A model generated the notes under the pieces. The model was not told the origin of the DNA. It did not search any database and saw only the letters and a program-made list of their open reading frames with translations. Made by a program: the position numbers and the translations under genes. From Minisyncoccota bacterium (lineage in GTDB: Bacteria > Patescibacteriota > Minisyncoccia > Minisyncoccales > GWA2-38-27), in the NCBI GenBank assembly GCA_028687715.1, contig JAQTZP010000001.1:103876-167875 (forward strand): a DNA stretch of 64,000 bases. The letters are read 5' to 3'. Shown one piece after another: positions 58,067-64,000 of the stretch. How positions within the stretch are numbered: the stretch's first letter is position 1; every line of letters begins with the position of its first letter.

Positions 58067-59990
58067 TAATAAAAGGTTGAACTTGCTTTCTAGAAAAGAT
58101 ATAGAGCCTCATGATATTTTTTTAGACAGTTTAGCAAAGAAAAAACAGGTTGAATTTGGCATGTCAGAGAGAAAAATAGAAGTGCCCTTGTCAGAAAAGC
58201 TTTTAAAGACCTTCCTATTTTTCATTATCATATTAATGCTTGTTCTATTCGGAAAAACTATAGAGCTCCAAATCTTTAATAGCAAGAAGTATCTGGTTTT
58301 AGCTGAAGAGAATAAATTCACCTATAATTCCATCCGTTCTACCAGGGGAGTAATATATGACAGCCTGGGAAATCAAATTGTTTTCAATAAACCCAGTTTT
58401 AATTTGATTGTCAATAAAAAAGAGCTTCCTGAATCAGAATCAGAGAGAGAAAACATTTTTTTACAAGTGGCAGAGATTATAGGACAGAGCATGGATGATA
58501 TTAAGGGAAAGATTAAAAAAGGAGAGACTAATACTATTTTGATTTCAGAAAACCTTGATAGGGAAAAACTGATACTTATAGAAACAAAGATTATGAATTT
58601 TAATGGTTTTGACATTGAACAAAGCGCAGTCAGAGAATATGCAGATGGCGATAAATACGCCCACATAATAGGCTATACTGCTGTAGCGACCAAGGAAGAT
58701 ATATCAAATAACCCTAATACTTATTCAAATTCTGATTACGTCGGCAGGATAGGCCTTGAAAAAGCCTATGAAGATGTCCTAAGAAAGAATCCAGGGAAAA
58801 TAAGGATTGAAAGAGATGCGTTTGGCAATGAAATATCAAAAGAAATAATATCTCAGCCTGAATCAGGAAAAAGCTTGGTTTTATGGCTTAATTCCGAGCT
58901 TCAGAAAAAACTATACGATGAGCTTAATAAAACTCTTGAAAGAATCGGTTCTAAAAAAGCAGTAGCAGTTGCTCTGGATCCAAAAACAGGAGGCGTCTTG
59001 TCCTTGATAAGCATTCCAAGCTTTAATAATAATCTATTCATCAAAGGTTCTGACCAAAAAGCTTTAAGCAATCTCTTAAATAACGTCGAAGAACCGTTAT
59101 TTAATAGAGCTATAAGCGGGAAGTATCCAACTGGTTCAACAATAAAGCCCTTAATTTCAGCTGCAGCGCTTCAAGAAAATATAATATCAGCCTCAAAAGA
59201 AATCAACTGCCAGGGCGCAATTACTATTCCTCATAGATATAATCCAGAGATTATATACAGAATAAATGACTGGACTACTCACGGCCCAACTGATATGAGA
59301 AAGGCAATAGCAGAATCATGCAATGTTTATTTCTTTACAATCGGCGGAGGATACGGCTCTCAAAAAGGGTTAGGCCCTACCAGGATCAAGAAATATCTTG
59401 ATTTATTCGGCTGGGAGGATAAAACAGGCATAGACCTGCCTAATGAAGTGTCTGGTTTTGTTCCTTCTATAGATTGGAAAAAAGAGTATAAAAATGAAGG
59501 GTGGTGGGATGGAGATACCTATAATCTTTCAATAGGCCAGGGAGACATAGGAATAACCCCTATTGAAGTTGCCGCTTCTTTTACTGCCATTGCCAACGGC
59601 GGCACTTTATACAAACCAAAGATTGTCAAACAAATCGTTGACAGCGAAAAAAACTTAGTTGAAGAAATAAGGCCAGAAATTATCAGAGAGAATTTCATAG
59701 ACCCGGAATACTTAAAGGTTGTAAGAGAAGGAATGAGAATGGGAGTAACCGGCATAGGAGCTCCTGTTGCCTCATCTGTTTTTTTAAACTCTCTGCCTGT
59801 TGCCACTGCCGCTAAAACAGGAACTGCTCAGGTTCCTAAGGCTGGTTATTATAATAACTGGATTACTGTTTTTGCCCCTTATGACGATCCTCAAATAGTT
59901 CTAACAATAATGATTGAAGAAGTGGAAAATGTCCAAGCAGCAGTTCTTCCAATAGCTAAAGAGGTATTAGGGTGGTATTTCAGCAAATAG
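58035..59990 (+). CDS. mrdA: Penicillin-binding protein 2 (elongasome transpeptidase)
   Basis: SxxK (GSTIKP), SxN (SCN), KTGTA. Confidence 0.9.
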   Translation: MFEFHLPKNLNNKRLNLLSRKDIEPHDIFLDSLAKKKQVEFGMSERKIEVPLSEKLLKTFLFFIIILMLVLFGKTIELQIFNSKKYLVLAEENKFTYNSIRSTRGVIYDSLGNQIVFNKPSFNLIVNKKELPESESERENIFLQVAEIIGQSMDDIKGKIKKGETNTILISENLDREKLILIETKIMNFNGFDIEQSAVREYADGDKYAHIIGYTAVATKEDISNNPNTYSNSDYVGRIGLEKAYEDVLRKNPGKIRIERDAFGNEISKEIISQPESGKSLVLWLNSELQKKLYDELNKTLERIGSKKAVAVALDPKTGGVLSLISIPSFNNNLFIKGSDQKALSNLLNNVEEPLFNRAISGKYPTGSTIKPLISAAALQENIISASKEINCQGAITIPHRYNPEIIYRINDWTTHGPTDMRKAIAESCNVYFFTIGGGYGSQKGLGPTRIKKYLDLFGWEDKTGIDLPNEVSGFVPSIDWKKEYKNEGWWDGDTYNLSIGQGDIGITPIEVAASFTAIANGGTLYKPKIVKQIVDSEKNLVEEIRPEIIRENFIDPEYLKVVREGMRMGVTGIGAPVASSVFLNSLPVATAAKTGTAQVPKAGYYNNWITVFAPYDDPQIVLTIMIEEVENVQAAVLPIAKEVLGWYFSK

Positions 59991-60015
59991 TATTTAATAT
60001 GCTAATATAATAAAT

Positions 60016-61572
60016 ATGGGGTTATTAAATAAAAAACAAATAAGAACTCGTTTTGCGCCCTCACCAACAGGCAATCTTCATATTGGAAGCGCCAGAACAG
60101 CTTTATTTAATTATTTATTTGCCAGAAAGAATAGGGGAGAGTTCATACTAAGGATTGAGGATACTGATAAAGAAAGGTCAAAGATTGAGTATGAGGAAGA
60201 TATTATAGATGGCTTAAAATGGCTTGGTCTTAATTGGGATAGCTTTTACAGACAAAGTGAGAGAAAAGATATCTATAGAAAATACTTAGAGAAATTATTA
60301 GATGAAAAAAAAGCCTATTACTGCTTTTGCAGAAAAGAAGAGCTTGAGGCAAAAAGACAGGAGCAGATAAGCAGGGGAGCAGCGCCTAAATACAACGGCA
60401 AATGCGCTTCTCTTAGTGAAGATGAGGCTGAAGAAAGAATTAAAAAAGGTGATGAATATGTTATCAGATTTAAAATTCCTGCAAAGAAGATAAAATTCAA
60501 TGACCTGATAAGAGGTGCAGTTGAATTTGACAGCTCATTGATAGGGGATATGGTTATTGCTAAAGACCTTGATAATCCTTTATATAACTTCACTGTGACA
60601 ATAGATGATTTTGAAATGAAAATCACCCATATTCTAAGAGGCGAAGATTTGCTGCCCAATACTCCCAAACAAATAATACTTCAGGAAGCTCTTGGATTCA
60701 CCCAGCCGATCTATGCTCATTTGCCCCTTATCTTAGGCCCTGATAAAAGCAAGTTAAGCAAAAGGCATGGGGCAGAATCGCTGTCAGAATATAGAAGACA
60801 GGGATACTTAGAAGAAACCCTTGTCAACTTCTTATCTTTTTTAGGATGGAATCCAGGAACTGAAAAAGAGATTTTTTCTCTTTCTTCTTTAATTAAAGAA
60901 TTCTCTATTGATAAGGTTCAAAAATCAGGAGCTGTGTTTAATATAAAGAGACTGGATTATTTAAACGGCTTTTATATCCGCCAAAAACCGCTTGATAAAT
61001 TAACTGAACTTTGTATGCCTTATCTGATTGAAGCAGACCTGATAACCCCTGTTTTTGAAACTCAGGAAAGGCTTCCTAATTTAACAGGGATATTTGGAAA
61101 AGAGATTGTTTCGGGGTATAATATGAAAGAGACAGGAGAAAAGATTGATTTTAATTGTTTAAAAAGAATTATATCAATATACCAGGAAAGAATAAAAAGG
61201 CTGTCAGAAGTTCCAGAGCTTGTTGATTTTTTCTTCAAAGAAAACCTTGTTTATGAGAAAAAGCTGCTTTTCTGGAAAAATACAGAGATAGGGGAGTTGA
61301 TAATAATTCTTGAAAAGCTCAAAGAAATAGTTTCTCAGATAGAAGAAAAAGACTGGAATAGTAAAAAATTAGAGGATATTTTAATTTCTGAATCAGATAA
61401 AATATCTCTTGAACTGAAAAACGTCAAGGATAGGGGATACCTTATTTGGCCCTTCAGGGCTGCTATAACCGGAAAAGAGTCTTCTGCCCCTCCTTTTGTC
61501 GTCTCAGAGATTTTAGGAAGAAAAAAGACTATAAAAAGGATAGAAAATGCTATTAATTTGATAAAAAGATAA
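60016..61572 (+). CDS. gltX: Glutamate--tRNA ligase
   Basis: RFAPSPTGNLHIGSARTAL (HIGH) and KLSKR (KMSKS). Confidence 0.9.
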   Translation: MGLLNKKQIRTRFAPSPTGNLHIGSARTALFNYLFARKNRGEFILRIEDTDKERSKIEYEEDIIDGLKWLGLNWDSFYRQSERKDIYRKYLEKLLDEKKAYYCFCRKEELEAKRQEQISRGAAPKYNGKCASLSEDEAEERIKKGDEYVIRFKIPAKKIKFNDLIRGAVEFDSSLIGDMVIAKDLDNPLYNFTVTIDDFEMKITHILRGEDLLPNTPKQIILQEALGFTQPIYAHLPLILGPDKSKLSKRHGAESLSEYRRQGYLEETLVNFLSFLGWNPGTEKEIFSLSSLIKEFSIDKVQKSGAVFNIKRLDYLNGFYIRQKPLDKLTELCMPYLIEADLITPVFETQERLPNLTGIFGKEIVSGYNMKETGEKIDFNCLKRIISIYQERIKRLSEVPELVDFFFKENLVYEKKLLFWKNTEIGELIIILEKLKEIVSQIEEKDWNSKKLEDILISESDKISLELKNVKDRGYLIWPFRAAITGKESSAPPFVVSEILGRKKTIKRIENAINLIKR

Positions 61573-61575
61573 TAT

Positions 61576-61833
61576 ATGAGAAATATACTTTTAGTTTCTT
61601 TAATTATTATTGGACTGGCAGCTCTATTCTTGCCAAACTTTTATATCTCATCAAATAATATCTTTAAATCGTCATACAGCTACCTCGGGTCCTTAAAAGC
61701 CCAAGTAGGTGATACCCTAATAGGTTTTTGGTCTAACGAAAAACCAAAACTAGAACAAGAATTCAATAAAGAAGTATTAGAAATAAAGTTAGAATCCCTA
61801 AAGATTAAAGAATATATTTCTAATATTTATTAA
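61576..61833 (+). CDS. Small membrane-anchored protein
   Basis: 85 aa with an N-terminal TM. Confidence 0.45.
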   Translation: MRNILLVSLIIIGLAALFLPNFYISSNNIFKSSYSYLGSLKAQVGDTLIGFWSNEKPKLEQEFNKEVLEIKLESLKIKEYISNIY

Positions 61834-61851
61834 AAACTCGTATTTTTAACC

Positions 61852-61879
61852 TTGACATTATGGTTAGGGAGGATATATT
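61852..61879 (+). promoter_or_regulatory. Promoter of the xer gene (TTGACA-N16-TATATT)
   Basis: Read directly from the sequence. Confidence 0.55.
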
Positions 61880-61891
61880 ATGAATATGTAT

Positions 61892-61906
61892 AATGTCGTA
61901 AAATAT
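61892..61906 (+). repeat. 15-nt direct repeat AATGTCGTAAAATAT, copy 1 (xer 5' UTR)
   Basis: Identical to 62914-62928. Confidence 0.8.
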
Positions 61907-61954
61907 AGGTAAAACGTCATATTTAATACAAAAAGAGTCTTCCCTATCAATTAT

Positions 61955-62914
61955 ATGAAAAAATCAAACAAGTCCATAATAGAGCATATACCTGATTTTT
62001 TAGACTACTGCGAAGTAGAAAAAGGACTTTCAGATAATACTCAGAAAAACTACGAACACTATCTTAATAAATTTACTAACTGGTTAAGATATAAAAAGAT
62101 TGATAATTTAAAACCCCATGAACTTACCCCGGACCATATCTGGGATTACCGCCTTTTTTTATCCAGGCACATTGACCGAAATACAGGCAAGACCCTAGGT
62201 AAAGCTACTCAAAACTACTATTTAATCGCTTTAAGAGCCCTTTTAAGCTATTTTTCATCAAAAGACGTGGTTTGTATCCCATCGGATAAAATAACCCTCC
62301 CAAAAGACGTTAAAAAGGAAAAAACTATAAAATTCCTTAATTTAGAGCAGGTTGAAAAGCTTTTAACAGCTCCTGATATTAAAGCCATAAGCGGTCTTAG
62401 AGATAGAGCTATTTTAGAGGCTTTTTTTTCAACCGGTCTTAGGATTGCTGAACTGGCTTCTTTAAATACCGAACAATTCTATAACCTAAAAGGAAAAAAG
62501 GACTTAGAGCTTGGAATTATTGGAAAAGGAGGCCATCCTCGAACTGTTTATTTCTCTGAACGGGCTCTGTTATGGATAAAGAAATACTTATCAGAAAGAA
62601 AAGATAGGGAAAAACCATTATTTATACATTTTAGGGCCAGGAAGGATGCAGATATAAGGCTTACTCCCCGTTCAATAGAAAGGATTGTTAAAAAGTATGC
62701 GATTCTATCAGGAATTCCTGTTTTTACAACGCCTCATACTCTAAGACACTCTTATGCCACAGATCTTTTAACCCAAGGAGTTGATTTGCGCGCTATCCAA
62801 GAATTTTTAGGCCATAAAAACATTGTTACTACTCAAATATATACTCATGTAACAAACAAACGCTTAAGAGATATTCACCGCCAGTTTCACAGCGGAAGAA
62901 AATTAAAAGAATAA
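61955..62914 (+). CDS. Tyrosine recombinase XerC/XerD family
   Basis: RDRAILEAFFSTGLRIAEL, TPHTLRHSYATDLL, LGHKNIVTTQIYTHV. Confidence 0.85.
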   Translation: MKKSNKSIIEHIPDFLDYCEVEKGLSDNTQKNYEHYLNKFTNWLRYKKIDNLKPHELTPDHIWDYRLFLSRHIDRNTGKTLGKATQNYYLIALRALLSYFSSKDVVCIPSDKITLPKDVKKEKTIKFLNLEQVEKLLTAPDIKAISGLRDRAILEAFFSTGLRIAELASLNTEQFYNLKGKKDLELGIIGKGGHPRTVYFSERALLWIKKYLSERKDREKPLFIHFRARKDADIRLTPRSIERIVKKYAILSGIPVFTTPHTLRHSYATDLLTQGVDLRAIQEFLGHKNIVTTQIYTHVTNKRLRDIHRQFHSGRKLKE

Positions 62915-62928
62915 ATGTCGTAAAATAT
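62914..62928 (+). repeat. 15-nt direct repeat AATGTCGTAAAATAT, copy 2 (starts at the last base of the xer stop codon)
   Basis: Identical to 61892-61906. Confidence 0.8.
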
Positions 62929-63257
62929 TAAAACTCCACTTTCCAGTTGTTTCTGGGCATAAATTTTCTGTCAGTGAGCTTGGCGGATTTTATTTTTCCT
63001 ATGATAAAAGAATCGCAGTGGTCATCGCTTGTATTGATTGTGTAGGCGTTAAAAATATGGCCTGGGCTGATTCTATCTTTATTGAAAATCAAGTGCTCCC
63101 CTTCCCTGCCGATATCCGTGCTTAAGCTGTAAGGTTCAACTTCTCTCCATCCTTTTAACTGCTTGTTTGTTCTTGGATAATAAATCATTACTGTTTCCAG
63201 CTTGGAGCCGGCCCGGGCAATAATTCTCAATATCTTTTTATAATCCATATACTCCAT
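62928..63257 (-). CDS. Hypothetical small protein (possibly WYL-like beta-barrel)
   Basis: 109 aa. WREVEPYSL...FIIGKIKSAKLTDRKF loosely resembles a WYL-type ligand-sensing domain. Confidence 0.4.
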   Translation of the reverse strand: MEYMDYKKILRIIARAGSKLETVMIYYPRTNKQLKGWREVEPYSLSTDIGREGEHLIFNKDRISPGHIFNAYTINTSDDHCDSFIIGKIKSAKLTDRKFMPRNNWKVEF

Positions 63258-63262
63258 AGATT

Positions 63263-64000
63263 TTAAGATTTCTTGAATACCGGACAGATTTCCATAAAAT
63301 CGCAGTGAGAGCAGAATCTGGTTCTTCTCGGATAGAAATTATTACCGCTTCTAATCTTATTTATAACTCCCAAGAAATTATTCTTAATCTCATCTTTATA
63401 GACTTTGGATACATCAAAATTCTGGATTTTCTTGCTTGAAAGATAGTAGAAGCTAACAATATCAACTTTTCTATCAAAATTCAATTCAGCTAAGAGTTTA
63501 TAGAATTCCAGCTGAGAGCAGTCTTGATTATTCATGCTTGTCTTAAAATCAATAATCCTTAAACTGCCGTTTTCAAGTTCATCAATTCTGTCAAACTTTC
63601 CTGAAACTGATATTTCTTCGTTTACCGGCTGAATCATATCTTTATAATCAGAGAAAGAATTTCTAATATCTTTTGTTGGAATTAAAAATAGATGAGGATT
63701 TATATCTTTTAATTCAAAGAAATTCTTGAGCAGAATCAAAGACTCTTTATATGTTTTTCTCTCATGCTCTATATTATTAAACCCTCCAGACTCCCCTATC
63801 GGCGGTTCTTTTGATATGTCTGTTTCAGAAAACCAGGCTGAAAACAAACAGCTTTTAAGATTATTAAAGCTTCTTTCTTCTTTGGGCAGATGATAAAATA
63901 ATGTTATTGCCCCATGGACTGCCTGTCCTTTTGTCTTGTAATCCCTGGGCTTTATAAATTCCTTTTTTCTTGGAGCTATCTCGGGATCAAGATAATTAAA
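63263..64000 (-). CDS. PD-(D/E)XK nuclease with a C-terminal Cys cluster (Cas4/RecB/AddB-nuclease-like), 5'-partial at the window edge
   Basis: GKFDRID...LRIIDFKTS, QLEFYKLL, CSHCDFMEICP. The frame stays open to position 64000 (..KGQAVHGAITLFYHLP..). Confidence 0.7.
   Translation of the reverse strand, partial: FNYLDPEIAPRKKEFIKPRDYKTKGQAVHGAITLFYHLPKEERSFNNLKSCLFSAWFSETDISKEPPIGESGGFNNIEHERKTYKESLILLKNFFELKDINPHLFLIPTKDIRNSFSDYKDMIQPVNEEISVSGKFDRIDELENGSLRIIDFKTSMNNQDCSQLEFYKLLAELNFDRKVDIVSFYYLSSKKIQNFDVSKVYKDEIKNNFLGVINKIRSGNNFYPRRTRFCSHCDFMEICPVFKKS

Overview
AT-rich 64-kb segment that looks like a streamlined Candidate Phyla Radiation (Patescibacteria)-type bacterium, with short spacers and many overlapping genes. 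It carries fermentative core metabolism (eno, gpmA, gap, fba, pfkB-type kinase, ppsA, pduL-ackA, [FeFe]-hydrogenase), envelope and division genes (ftsEX, ftsZ, mreCD, PBP2, a lytic transglycosylase) and translation genes (prfA, frameshifted prfB, rpsB-tsf, rplY, rpmE, gltX, ychF, greA). There are 4 tRNAs and one rRNA gene set. Standard code 11 is inferred, because both RF1 and RF2 are present and TGA ends ordinary genes. All calls come from reading the sequence and ORF translations by eye; no searches or folding programs were run, and rRNA, intron and ncRNA boundaries are approximate to a few nt. Four things stand out. (1) An accessory block (about 2.8-14.6 kb) lies next to tRNA-Gln. It holds a recombinase remnant, a decayed plsC, and a tightly coupled operon of BtaA-like (DUF3419), UbiA-like, radical SAM, rifampin-phosphotransferase/PpsA-like, GNAT-like, polyprenol/phytol-kinase-like and SWIM genes. 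I cannot match this operon to any described pathway; my best guess is an isoprenoid or lipid head-group modification system. (2) A 1.28-kb ORF-free, GC-rich locus (32.5-33.8 kb) carries two consensus-like minus-strand promoters and terminators. It should encode two large structured RNAs of about 365 and 710 nt that I could not assign to RNase P, tmRNA, SRP or 6S. (3) The rRNA genes are unusual. The 16S carries a 494-nt ORF-less insertion at the decoding centre and lacks the CCUCC anti-Shine-Dalgarno tail. The 23S carries three group I introns with LAGLIDADG genes, one of them decayed. 16S and 23S have separate, near-identical promoters with tRNAs and protein genes between them. (4) Three promoter-associated small RNAs form long purine-arm/pyrimidine-arm hairpins and end at terminator-like hairpin/U-tract structures.
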